Assembly (NCBI GenBank): GCA_017617355.1
Contig: JAFZWI010000002.1
Coordinates: 19,640 to 83,639 of the forward strand
Length of the DNA stretch: 64,000 bases
Reading direction: 5' to 3'
From: Salinivirgaceae bacterium
GTDB lineage: Bacteria > Bacteroidota > Bacteroidia > Bacteroidales > SZUA-534
The position numbers and the translations under genes are program-made. Position 1 is the first letter of the stretch. Every line of letters begins with the position of its first letter. This document shows, piece after piece, positions 8,890 to 16,967 of this stretch. Below the pieces are notes generated by a model, which worked only from the letters and a program-made list of their open reading frames with translations, made no database searches and had not been told where the DNA came from.

Positions 8890-11800
8890 TTAAGGTTCAT
8901 CAAAAGGTTCGTCCATTGGCTCGTCCCACGGCTCTTCCCACGGGTCGGGTTCGTCGGGGTTAGGCAGGTCGGGGTCTTCCCAAGTCGGTTCAGTCCAATC
9001 GGGGTTAGGCTCGCCGCAGCGTGAGCAGAATTGTCCATCGCCCCAATCGTGGCCGTAAGCCGCGCACTCATCAAAGTCGGGATTAGGCTCACCACAACGA
9101 CGGCAAAATTCAGTTGTGCTATCCCAATCGTGGCCGTAAGCCGCGCACTCATCAAAGTCGGGATTAGGCTCACCACAACGACGGCAAAATTCAGTTGTGC
9201 TATCCCAATCGTGGCCGTAATCTTCGCACTCGTTATAGCCGGGGTCGCTCGCTCCACAGCTTGTGCATACTCCGTGTTCAAAGCTGTGCGCGTGTTCGTG
9301 GAATATTTGTTCATATTGCGCTGTAAACTCCACATTATTGGCCGGCATTGTGCTTGGAATAGCTGGCGACCAGCCAGTGAAGCGCCATTCAGTATAACCT
9401 TCGGGCGTTGATTCGTCGCCGTCGAAAATATCGTTGAGAGTTGGCGGCGTAATTGCCTCGCCTACGGCTATTTCAATTTCTTCGGGGTCAGCCGGTTCGC
9501 CCGACGAACCGAGATAGTTGAATGTCGCGGTGTAAACTTGTCGCTGTTCTTCGACGGCCACTATTGCCGCACCCATAATACTGATTGTCAGTGGATTTTC
9601 GGGCGTTACAACATTGTTGCCGTTCCAGCTTACGGTTATTTCGCCGTTATTATTCGCGATATTCATACCAACAGCCGCGCCGTTCAAATAACAAACCACA
9701 ATCGGAGCTGTGCCGCACTTATGCGTAGCAGCGGCAATAGTTACGGAGTTACCCGAAAGATAGTTTTTGCAAACGTAGATGTAATGGCCGATGTTGGCGA
9801 GCTTTGTTTTTTCCTCGTTAGTATAGTCGTTTGTTGATAGCCCTTTATTGTCAACTTTGTCAACCTTGTTGCCGATTGCCGTATTCATTGCAGCCGCGCT
9901 ATCCGCGTGTTCAGTTATCCAGTCGGCAATTTCTCTCAGTGTATCAAGGGAAGCCGGAGCGTTTGCCACCACCTCTGCAATAGCGTCGGAAACTGTCTTT
10001 TTTATTGAACCAGCCGAGCCGTCAGTTTTATTTAACAATTCAATAGCGGCTTCGTTAGCGTCGATTTTGCCTTTGTATGTGCTGACATATTCGTCAATAG
10101 CCTCTTTTCGGGTATTTGTAAGGTTGTTGTCGGTGTGAACATACTTATTATCCGATACGAGATTTTGGTCGTTGATAAGCTGGCTGGCGCGGTTAATCAC
10201 AAAGTCAATGTCAGCGCCAGTAAAAGTGCCATCGCCAAGATTCTCAAAGAATGTGCCGCTGACGGCCTCGTACAAGCCAACAACACCGTCGCTCAAACGT
10301 TGTGCAGGAGCAAAGTGCGCTTGTAGTGTTGTGCCGTCATACACTTTGAACGAATAGAGCCTAACCGAAGCAAATTGAGCCACACCGCCGTCGTTGTTGC
10401 TAGCGAATAAAACCAATGTGTTTAGCGTTTCAAAATCGCCAGTATCGGGCATTTCGGCGGTTGTGCCGTCGGTATAGGTAAATATGCGGTTTTGATATTT
10501 CAACACCAATCGTTTGTTAGCTACAAGTTTCGGGTCTATTGCGGTTTTGTTTGTGTTTACTGCAAATTCGCCGCCGGGCTTTGTCGCATATATAGAGATA
10601 GAAAATCTTGCGGCTGCGGAGTTTTTACCACCAGCATTTAAAATGACTGGCTGGCCGTTTGCGGTTTTAGGCGCGTGAGGTGTGCTAAAGTCTATTTCAA
10701 AACCGGTGTTTTGGTTAGGTTTTATGTTGGTGTCAATATACTGGCTATAATCCTTATTGCTTTCAATGTAGGCAAGTTGTTTATAGCCGTTCATTGCTAC
10801 GGGCTTCACCTTTTGCGCATAAAACGCATCATTTTCAAACGCGCTAACTTTCGTCGGCGTGTCGGTTAAATCGTTGTAGCTGCCCGAATTGGCTATCGGG
10901 TTAAGTTTCTTAACTTTGTTAAAGTCCTCATTATTCAAAAGATTGCCGTTTTGGTAGCCGTTGAGCCATTGCCACGCCGAGCCGTTCCATTGAATAAGCG
11001 AACCGGCAGGGTAGATAACTTGCTTGTCAACAAGGCAATCAAGCGACGCTTTAATGCGTCCGTGCGCGTCGAGCAAGGGATTGCGGTTGGGCGAGCCAAG
11101 AATGAACGTATCGACCCACACGTCCGAATGTAAATCTTCAAGCGTATAGCCGTTCCACCCCTTTGCTGTATTTAGTGCTTTTTCTTCATCAAGATAAATA
11201 TTCATTTGTTCCTCGCCGGCAATCGAAAATTGCGACGGAGCAATGCGGAATCGCTTGATAGACGGCTTATATTGAACGTTACCGCTGGCGAAAATCACAT
11301 ATTTATCCTCACCAACCTTAAAAGCGCCCAAATCGTCGGCTTGCGCGTCCCTTACAAAACGAACTGACGATGAGAGAAAAGCCCACCAATCGTCGTGAAA
11401 ATTAACCGAATTAAAATAAACGGTAGCTCCGTTACGGTTTATCTCGGCGTTTCTATAATGATTGTCAACAAATAACAGCCGCCAAACCAGCCGGTAAAAA
11501 TTAGAATATGTATCATCGTCCGTTTCCTCCGTGCCGCGTGGGTTAATATCCATAAACGCATACGCGGTATAAGGCTGCAAAGCAAATGTCGGAGCGCCGC
11601 CTACTTGGTTGTCGTTGTTTGTTCTAACGACCCTATAAGTCGGGCACCACGGCAAAAATATTGCGCCGTTCTGCTCCATAATAGCCCACTCTGCTTCGGT
11701 AAATGTTACAAGGTCGTAATATTCAGCCGACGGCGTAAAAAGTCTATCCGGGTCGGTATCGCTGTATTTCAGCCCCTCTGCGCTCCAGTCCCAGCCGTCC

Positions 11801-12258
11801 GGCAATAACAAAAGGCCACAAACGTTGCCAATCATTGCAAGGCTGTGCAATGTGGCTGCATTTGGTCGTGTGTTGCCCAAATAGTTTCCCTCGGCAAATG
11901 TCAACAGCCGCCAGCCGTCGGGGTTAAAAGCCTTATCTTCGTACTCGCGCACGGTGGCTGTTGTGGCCTCGCGTATGCGGTAAGTATCGCCTTTTTTGGG
12001 GTTAGCTGGCAGTTGCGCAAGTGATTGGATTGTTTCCGCAATTTTGCTTATGCCGCCAGCAAACATTTCATTTATAGTGTGTTGGTCGTATTGCCCTATG
12101 CCGCCCAATTTCTCGGCCAGCTCGGTGCCTTGTTGGGCAATATCCCAAATATTATCGCAATACGCAATCGGGTAATTAGCAGGGTTGCCACTTTCAAATG
12201 TCAAGCCCATACTACTGATTGGACTTTTTGCGGTCGTTGGTTTCTTTGCTTGTGCCAT
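8890..12258 (-). CDS. large tail fibre protein (1122 aa) with a Cys/His-rich repeat tip
   Basis: Contains the phage fibre motif APASLDTLREIADWITEH...GLSTNDYTNEEKTKL and a jelly-roll-like stretch (YIESNKDYSQYIDTNI...VRLYSFKVYDG). It also has a Listeria-Bacteroides-repeat-like segment (EGYTEWRFTGWSP). Four C..YGHDW..FC..CGEPNP units and an acidic Pro/Trp tail close the protein. Confidence 0.8.
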   Translation of the reverse strand: MAQAKKPTTAKSPISSMGLTFESGNPANYPIAYCDNIWDIAQQGTELAEKLGGIGQYDQHTINEMFAGGISKIAETIQSLAQLPANPKKGDTYRIREATTATVREYEDKAFNPDGWRLLTFAEGNYLGNTRPNAATLHSLAMIGNVCGLLLLPDGWDWSAEGLKYSDTDPDRLFTPSAEYYDLVTFTEAEWAIMEQNGAIFLPWCPTYRVVRTNNDNQVGGAPTFALQPYTAYAFMDINPRGTEETDDDTYSNFYRLVWRLLFVDNHYRNAEINRNGATVYFNSVNFHDDWWAFLSSSVRFVRDAQADDLGAFKVGEDKYVIFASGNVQYKPSIKRFRIAPSQFSIAGEEQMNIYLDEEKALNTAKGWNGYTLEDLHSDVWVDTFILGSPNRNPLLDAHGRIKASLDCLVDKQVIYPAGSLIQWNGSAWQWLNGYQNGNLLNNEDFNKVKKLNPIANSGSYNDLTDTPTKVSAFENDAFYAQKVKPVAMNGYKQLAYIESNKDYSQYIDTNIKPNQNTGFEIDFSTPHAPKTANGQPVILNAGGKNSAAARFSISIYATKPGGEFAVNTNKTAIDPKLVANKRLVLKYQNRIFTYTDGTTAEMPDTGDFETLNTLVLFASNNDGGVAQFASVRLYSFKVYDGTTLQAHFAPAQRLSDGVVGLYEAVSGTFFENLGDGTFTGADIDFVINRASQLINDQNLVSDNKYVHTDNNLTNTRKEAIDEYVSTYKGKIDANEAAIELLNKTDGSAGSIKKTVSDAIAEVVANAPASLDTLREIADWITEHADSAAAMNTAIGNKVDKVDNKGLSTNDYTNEEKTKLANIGHYIYVCKNYLSGNSVTIAAATHKCGTAPIVVCYLNGAAVGMNIANNNGEITVSWNGNNVVTPENPLTISIMGAAIVAVEEQRQVYTATFNYLGSSGEPADPEEIEIAVGEAITPPTLNDIFDGDESTPEGYTEWRFTGWSPAIPSTMPANNVEFTAQYEQIFHEHAHSFEHGVCTSCGASDPGYNECEDYGHDWDSTTEFCRRCGEPNPDFDECAAYGHDWDSTTEFCRRCGEPNPDFDECAAYGHDWGDGQFCSRCGEPNPDWTEPTWEDPDLPNPDEPDPWEEPWDEPMDEPFDEP
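9051..9240. repeat. perfect 81-bp tandem repeat (2 identical copies + flanking diverged copies)
   Basis: The unit CCCAATCGTGGCCGTAAGCCGCGCACTCATCAAAGTCGGGATTAGGCTCACCACAACGACGGCAAAATTCAGTTGTGCTAT starts at 9051 and again at 9132, with a third partial copy at 9213. It encodes DFDECAAYGHDWDSTTEFCRRCGEPNP. Confidence 0.95.
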
Positions 12259-12269
12259 ATCGTTTTATT

Positions 12270-13688
12270 TTAAGAAAGTGGAATACTTACTTGGAATTTG
12301 GGCGACGCGCCAGCGGCAAAATCGCCAGTTGTGAAATATAGATTGTAGCCCGTCAGCGTGATACCGATATTCGACGGCGATACAAATGATTGTGAGCCAA
12401 TCTTCGGGTCGATTACTGGGTTGTCCGATTGTTTTACGCTGACCGAAGCGCTCCTTGAAAGCACAAATAAATGAGCTGGCGCTCCAGTGTTATTATTGAC
12501 TGTAATCTCGCCGTTAGGATTGGCCGTAAGGCGCGTAAGTTTATCGTTGTCCCATAATATACTATCAATATTTTTCGCACTCGCCCAGCCGTAGTAAGCG
12601 GTATATTTCTTTGTTATCGTTCTCTTTGCACTCGATTTTGTGCATTTAATGCCGATATATTTTCCGCTGGTTGGTGTGTAGTCAATGCTTTCTGCCTCTA
12701 TTGCGCCACTTGAAGCGGTTAGCGATTTGGTATATACACCAATAGAGGGATTCGTCCAGCCGTTCCCCACAAGGTTAGCGTGATTATCAGGCTGCACTTT
12801 TGTATCGTCGAATTTTACCGTAAGCGTAACGGACAACGTTTTGTTCTCGGCTTGGTCTGCCCAAAAACTTACATTATCATTTGGCGATGTCGATATAGTG
12901 AGCTTGGTTAATGCTTCCTCGCTCAATTCTGCCCTCATTTTATCTTGAACCCAAACAATTTCGGGGCTTTCGTGGCTTATGTCGCCAATATCGCCCTTGT
13001 CGCCCTTGTCGCCCTTGTCGCCCTTGTCGCCCTTGTCGCCCTTTGCACCGAAGCCGCCAGTCGCGCCTTTCTCGCCTCTTGGAAGAACAAAATCGAGCGT
13101 TATATACACATCGCCATTCGGTTGTGTGGTGGTAGTGGCGGTTACGCTGGGAGTTGTACCAGCGGCGGCGGCGCTAATTGTGCCGACTTGAAAGATTGGC
13201 GTTTTACCCGATTCGCCCTTGATAACCGAAGCGTCGGCAAGGTTGCAGAACCAAGCGAAACCGTCGAGGCTCTTGCCGCTGGCCGTGCGGTTGCGGTCGC
13301 GAAGATAGACATCGGCGGTTGGCGGCGTGGTGGTTGTGTCAACCACTGCGACCATTTTGCCGTCGGCCACATCGTTGGCGTGTTGCTGCATTTCGGCGAT
13401 TGTGCCATATACGTTAGAAATAGCAAAGCCCTCGCCACTTGCGCCGTCGCGACCGTTGCGCAGGTCGAATGTTGTTTGAGTGCCGTCGGTAAGAAGCAGG
13501 GTTACACGAATTTTAGCTCCGTCCTCAATGAGTTCGTGGCTCACCGAGCGAACACCAACGCCTTTTTCGCCTCTCAACAGCGACGAATCGAACAACCGTT
13601 CCTTTCCGGCAGAGGTTATGCCTAAAAGCCTCGCGCCCTCAATCAGCGATTGTGCCGCTTGTATTTGGTTTAATACTACTTTATCCAT
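12270..13688 (-). CDS. collagen-like fibre protein
   Basis: 472 aa with GEKGATGGFGAKGDKGDKGDKGDKGDKGDIGD in the middle and a beta-rich C-terminal half. It lies first in the distal fibre cluster. Confidence 0.75.
   Translation of the reverse strand: MDKVVLNQIQAAQSLIEGARLLGITSAGKERLFDSSLLRGEKGVGVRSVSHELIEDGAKIRVTLLLTDGTQTTFDLRNGRDGASGEGFAISNVYGTIAEMQQHANDVADGKMVAVVDTTTTPPTADVYLRDRNRTASGKSLDGFAWFCNLADASVIKGESGKTPIFQVGTISAAAAGTTPSVTATTTTQPNGDVYITLDFVLPRGEKGATGGFGAKGDKGDKGDKGDKGDKGDIGDISHESPEIVWVQDKMRAELSEEALTKLTISTSPNDNVSFWADQAENKTLSVTLTVKFDDTKVQPDNHANLVGNGWTNPSIGVYTKSLTASSGAIEAESIDYTPTSGKYIGIKCTKSSAKRTITKKYTAYYGWASAKNIDSILWDNDKLTRLTANPNGEITVNNNTGAPAHLFVLSRSASVSVKQSDNPVIDPKIGSQSFVSPSNIGITLTGYNLYFTTGDFAAGASPKFQVSIPLS
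12991..13042. repeat. 9-bp microsatellite (TCGCCCTTG)x5 encoding (GDK)n
   Basis: ATCGCCCTTGTCGCCCTTGTCGCCCTTGTCGCCCTTGTCGCCCTTGTCGCCCTTTGC read directly, in frame within 12270..13688. Confidence 0.9.
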
Positions 13689-13702
13689 ATCCGTATATCT
13701 TT

Positions 13703-14080
13703 TTATATCACTACAATAAACTTATTGTCGCTGGTCATAATGTAAGCGCCGTCGGCGGTCATAAGTGCGCCAGCCGGAGCTTCGTCGTTGCCGTCGGCAG
13801 GACGCAAATTGAAATCAAAGTCGGGCGCGATGGTGTATTTGAGTTGCTTTCGCTCACTCCACGCTTGATTATATGCCGTCGAGCCGTTGGCAAACAAAAT
13901 CTGCTGCAAGCCGGTTTCGGGGTCGGTGGTGATGAGCTTGATAAGCCACTGTTTTTGTCCGTAGCCCTTGCAAGTCGGCAGGCAGTCGCCTACATACACG
14001 TTGCCGCCAGCCTCGGTTTCTACCACTTTGGGGCTGCGGCTATTGCGAATGTGCTGGTATATGTAGGGATTGATTAGCAT
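13703..14080 (-). CDS. small conserved protein, paralogue of 4501..4770, with a C-terminal extension
   Basis: 125 aa sharing SPKVVETE...YVGDCLPTCKGYGQKQWLIK...FANGSTAYNQAWS with the 89-aa ORF. It sits immediately upstream of the collagen-like fibre gene. Confidence 0.75.
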   Translation of the reverse strand: MLINPYIYQHIRNSRSPKVVETEAGGNVYVGDCLPTCKGYGQKQWLIKLITTDPETGLQQILFANGSTAYNQAWSERKQLKYTIAPDFDFNLRPADGNDEAPAGALMTADGAYIMTSDNKFIVVI

Positions 14081-14083
14081 AGG

Positions 14084-14650
14084 TCAGTCGATTATATCTA
14101 TTTCGCTAACGCCCACTATTTTAGCGTTAGGGTTGGCGTTACGCACGGCTAACTGGCCGGTGTAACGTTTGAATGTGAAAAACAAAAATTTGCGTTTGCG
14201 CTGATAACGCACAATCGTTAGGCTATCGCGTGTTTCGATGTTTACCGCATTGCCCAGCATTTGAAAATCTATCCACTCGTCGTGATATTCGTATTTCTCA
14301 ACTGGCTCGTTTGTTGCCGAATCGGTTATTATAATCGTATCAACCAAAAATTTATATTCGGTTTTTTGCTCAATCTTCTGCACCGATTGCAGATGTTTGA
14401 GCTTTACGCCAAGCGATTTTACCTCGTCGGCCAACTGGCTATTGTCGGCTTTCAACTCGCTGATTGTAACCGACTGGCGTTTGGTACGTGCAGCCAGCAC
14501 GCTGTCGGCGGTCATATAATACTCAATATCGCCTTTCAACGCGCTGATGTTTCCGCGCAGACGGTCGCTCTCACCGCACTGGTGAAAATTAAACAACACG
14601 CTGATTATTAGCGCAAAAAATGATAATATGGTTAGATAGATTCGTGTCAT
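14084..14650 (-). CDS. N-terminally anchored membrane protein (lysis/spanin-like candidate)
   Basis: I place the start at MTRIYLTILSFFALIISVLF (ATG 14650..14648), which gives an ATGA overlap with the stop of the upstream gene. One TM segment, then a coiled-coil-like segment and a beta-rich C-terminus. Confidence 0.65.
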   Translation of the reverse strand: MTRIYLTILSFFALIISVLFNFHQCGESDRLRGNISALKGDIEYYMTADSVLAARTKRQSVTISELKADNSQLADEVKSLGVKLKHLQSVQKIEQKTEYKFLVDTIIITDSATNEPVEKYEYHDEWIDFQMLGNAVNIETRDSLTIVRYQRKRKFLFFTFKRYTGQLAVRNANPNAKIVGVSEIDIID

Positions 14651-15009
14651 ATTTTGAAAGTTCTTATTAAATTCAAACTTTTGGCTTTTGCCTTTAATTC
14701 CTTGTCCTTCCACGCATATACACCTATGTAGCTGTTCCTTAATTTTTCTTCATCGCTGGGAATATGAACAACGGAAAGCGCATTGGATATGATTTGGTAT
14801 TTGCCATTTTCGGTTTCTGCGTTACGGAATTGTTCCACTATGTCGGGTACTTTTGCTCCGCTGCTTAACGTAATAGACGCAACAACTGCGGCTTCCGATT
14901 CAATCTGCGCCTTTTCCACTTTCTTTCGTTTGTAGATTCGATAACCTACGAAGCCAGCTACGCCCAGCCCTAACACTGAAAGTCCGATTATTAGTCCTTT
15001 GCTTTCCAT
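14647..15009 (-). CDS. small N-terminally anchored membrane protein
   Basis: Start taken at MESKGLIIGLSVLGLGVAGFVGYRIY, because the longer ORF start at 15066 abuts the terminator hairpin. One TM segment. Confidence 0.6.
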   Translation of the reverse strand: MESKGLIIGLSVLGLGVAGFVGYRIYKRKKVEKAQIESEAAVVASITLSSGAKVPDIVEQFRNAETENGKYQIISNALSVVHIPSDEEKLRNSYIGVYAWKDKELKAKAKSLNLIRTFKI

Positions 15010-15067
15010 AACACTATATTTTTCTCTTTCGTTCTCAATCTTTAGTCTTTGACAAGGGCTATGCACA

Positions 15068-15108
15068 ATAAAAAACCGGCAAAGTCCGTGGTTTTGGATT
15101 TTGCCGGT
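15068..15108 (-). terminator. intrinsic terminator after the GNAT module
   Basis: On the minus strand, ACCGGCAAA (15108..15100) pairs with TTTGCCGGT (15083..15075) and is followed by TTTTTTATT. Confidence 0.65.
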
Positions 15109-15133
15109 TTATGGTTGGTTATGTCGAATCGTG

Positions 15134-15655
15134 CTATTTGCTCAATTCGGGGATAATTTTGTGTAGGTCGTAATACATTGGAATAGTATCATTATCTTCA
15201 CTGTTGTCGATATTTTGAAAATCGAACCCCATTTTTGCGTAAAATTTCACTGCGCCCTTGTAAGCGTCAACGGTTATAAACCTTGCCGTTATCAAGTTGT
15301 CGCCAAACGCCAAAGTGCTTTTTATTGTGTCGATAATCTTGCTGCCTATGTGTAAAAGCCGATAATCGTCGCCAATGGCAAACCGCCCGATTTTTACCGC
15401 AGGATAGGTTTTGTAACGCTTTCCGCTTGGTAAATCAACATCTATGTCCTCGATAGGCACTGAATCACACGACAAGGCAAAATATCCGACAAAATTGCCG
15501 TCGGCAAAAATTAAATATGTGGTGGCAATGAGGTGTTTTTGGTGCTTTTTGGCGCGGTTGCGCAAAAACTCTCTCAACTCCTTGTCCGAAATAACGAGGC
15601 TTTTCAAGAAAGACGGCAAGTGGGTGTCGTTCAGTTTTTCAATGGTTATTTCCAT
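15134..15655 (-). CDS. GNAT-family acetyltransferase, TacT/AtaT/KacT-like toxin candidate
   Basis: 173 aa with YPAVKIGRFAIGDDYRLLHIGSKII...ARFITVDAYKGAVKFYAKMGFDF...DTIPMYYDL. This is the pattern of TA-type GNAT toxins. It is a paralogue of 63319..63894. Confidence 0.7.
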   Translation of the reverse strand: MEITIEKLNDTHLPSFLKSLVISDKELREFLRNRAKKHQKHLIATTYLIFADGNFVGYFALSCDSVPIEDIDVDLPSGKRYKTYPAVKIGRFAIGDDYRLLHIGSKIIDTIKSTLAFGDNLITARFITVDAYKGAVKFYAKMGFDFQNIDNSEDNDTIPMYYDLHKIIPELSK

Positions 15656-15801
15656 ATTACCGACTTGGCCGTTTCTTTGATTTGCTTAATGCGTTGCGCC
15701 GATTCGCGCTTAACATTCTCAATTTTCCGCATAAAAACCTTTGCGCTTTCGCCCGTAATGGGTTGCGTTGGTGTAATATCGGTTCTACAATAAGCTGCCA
15801 T
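15646..15801 (-). CDS. small ORF (51 aa) overlapping the GNAT start; antitoxin candidate
   Basis: Not in the ORF track because it is under 60 aa. Hand-translated: MAAYCRTDITPTQPITGESAKVFMRKIENVKRESAQRIKQIKETAKSVIWK. Its stop overlaps the GNAT ATG by 10 nt. It shares TP-x-I-[ST]-G-x-[SD]-A-x-x-F with the small ORF at 63151. Confidence 0.55.
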   Translation of the reverse strand: MAAYCRTDITPTQPITGESAKVFMRKIENVKRESAQRIKQIKETAKSVIWK

Positions 15802-15834
15802 ATCAGTACGTTTTAAAAACGCACAAATATAACA

Positions 15835-15842
15835 CTAAAACC
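15835..15842 (-). promoter_or_regulatory. Bacteroidota -7 promoter box (TAnnTTTG) for the small-ORF/GNAT module
   Basis: Minus-strand TATATTTG lies about 33 nt upstream of the ATG at 15801. Confidence 0.4.
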
Positions 15843-15895
15843 AGCAAAAATCCAAAATGTCAAAGAACGTTTATAATTATTTGTTGGTGAGAGTT

Positions 15896-16489
15896 TTACT
15901 CAACTCCCCATTCTTGCAGTTTGTTGTTAAACCATTTTAAGTTGCTGCCGCTTAATTCGGCACGAATCCAATCCGTCAGCGACATTTTTCTGCCATCAGC
16001 GTTCAGCTTGCCGTTTTTATAGCCCTTTGCACCAAATCTTGCATAAACGAGGTTGTAGTCCTCTTTTGTTTTCAGCTTGTCGATTTCTCGATGGATAGTT
16101 TCTTCGTCAGTTCCCCACTTATTCATTGCCCCTAACAACGCACCCGCCGTTGTCGCAGCTACGCTGTCGGTAATGGTAAGGTTGGCACGATTAATGCTCT
16201 TTTCCACTTCACGCACTGCATCATCGTATTCGCTGTTTTGTTTTGATTCCTTAATTTTGTTCCAAACCTTGCGGCCAATGAGGAAGCACAAACCGCCAGC
16301 AGCTGCGCCAACGGCTATTTTGACAGCTGTCTTGTTGGTCGATACCACCGATTTAACGGCTTCGCCAGCGTCGCCTAAACCTTTTTTGCGACGCGCAAGA
16401 CCACAACCTAATGCCCTTTTAGCGGTTTTCTTCGCTTTCTTTGCGGCTCTCGCCTTGCGACAAGCCGCGTTTTGTTTCGTTGTTCCCAT
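15896..16489 (-). CDS. membrane-anchored protein with a single annexin-like repeat
   Basis: 197 aa: basic N-terminus, TM segment AVKIAVGAAAGGLCFLIG, then ALLGAMNKWGTDEETIHREIDKLKTKEDYNLVYARFG...SLTDWIRAELSGSNL. That stretch resembles the annexin repeat consensus (aM.g.GTDE.tli.il..r......i...Y....g..L...i..E.SG). Confidence 0.45.
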   Translation of the reverse strand: MGTTKQNAACRKARAAKKAKKTAKRALGCGLARRKKGLGDAGEAVKSVVSTNKTAVKIAVGAAAGGLCFLIGRKVWNKIKESKQNSEYDDAVREVEKSINRANLTITDSVAATTAGALLGAMNKWGTDEETIHREIDKLKTKEDYNLVYARFGAKGYKNGKLNADGRKMSLTDWIRAELSGSNLKWFNNKLQEWGVE

Positions 16490-16510
16490 AGTTGTATGAA
16501 TTTTAATTGT

Positions 16511-16756
16511 TTACGCTTTCATTTTGCCGCGCCGTTTGCCAACGAGAAAACCAAACAAAAACAGCCCGACGCAACCTGCCACCCGAAGAACCTTGTTCAT
16601 ATTGTCGCCCTCGTTCAAATAGGCCAGTGCGCGGTTAGCCGCGTCTGCGCCTTTCTGCGCAACCTTTCCGGCTGCGGCTTTGGCTTGTGCTTTAAGCTCG
16701 TTTTTCTGCGCGGCGGTTATCTCGCCCAGCTGTTTTTGTTTGTTTTTCTTTGCCAT
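16511..16756 (-). CDS. small protein with a C-terminal TM segment (holin-like candidate)
   Basis: MAKKNKQKQLGEITAAQKNELKAQAKAAAG...VLRVAGCVGLFLFGFLVGKRRGKMKA. ATG at 16756. Confidence 0.6.
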   Translation of the reverse strand: MAKKNKQKQLGEITAAQKNELKAQAKAAAGKVAQKGADAANRALAYLNEGDNMNKVLRVAGCVGLFLFGFLVGKRRGKMKA

Positions 16757-16758
16757 AA

Positions 16759-16935
16759 TCAAATGAATTTGAGCGCGGTTTTTACTAATTGCGGCTTTTG
16801 CGCGGCGGCGTTCAACAAACGTATCGCGTCATCAGCCGGTACTTTGTTAAGCATACGCTCTAATGCGCTTTCCAATTCAAGGTTGGCTTTATCGCCAGCC
16901 AGTGTCTGCTCGGTAACTTTTACTTTGTAGCTCAT
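16759..16935 (-). CDS. small ORF (58 aa), hypothetical
   Basis: Not in the track. Hand-translated: MSYKVKVTEQTLAGDKANLELESALERMLNKVPADDAIRLLNAAAQKPQLVKTALKFI. It fills the gap between two operon genes. Confidence 0.45.
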   Translation of the reverse strand: MSYKVKVTEQTLAGDKANLELESALERMLNKVPADDAIRLLNAAAQKPQLVKTALKFI

Positions 16936-16967
16936 AACTGTTTTGTGTTTAAAGGTTTGTAAATAAA

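Noticed and set aside
12945-13625. 226-aa plus-strand ORF and neighbours (12911..13135, 12979..13191) rich in (ALV)n/(CRP)n/(LSP)n
   Set aside because: They are alternative or antisense readings of the 9-bp collagen microsatellite within the 472-aa fibre gene.
6047-13688. Diversity-generating retroelement acting on the fibre genes
   Set aside because: No reverse transcriptase ORF is present in the window. All repeat pairs are in-frame tandem duplications rather than a template/variable repeat pair with adenine-specific differences.
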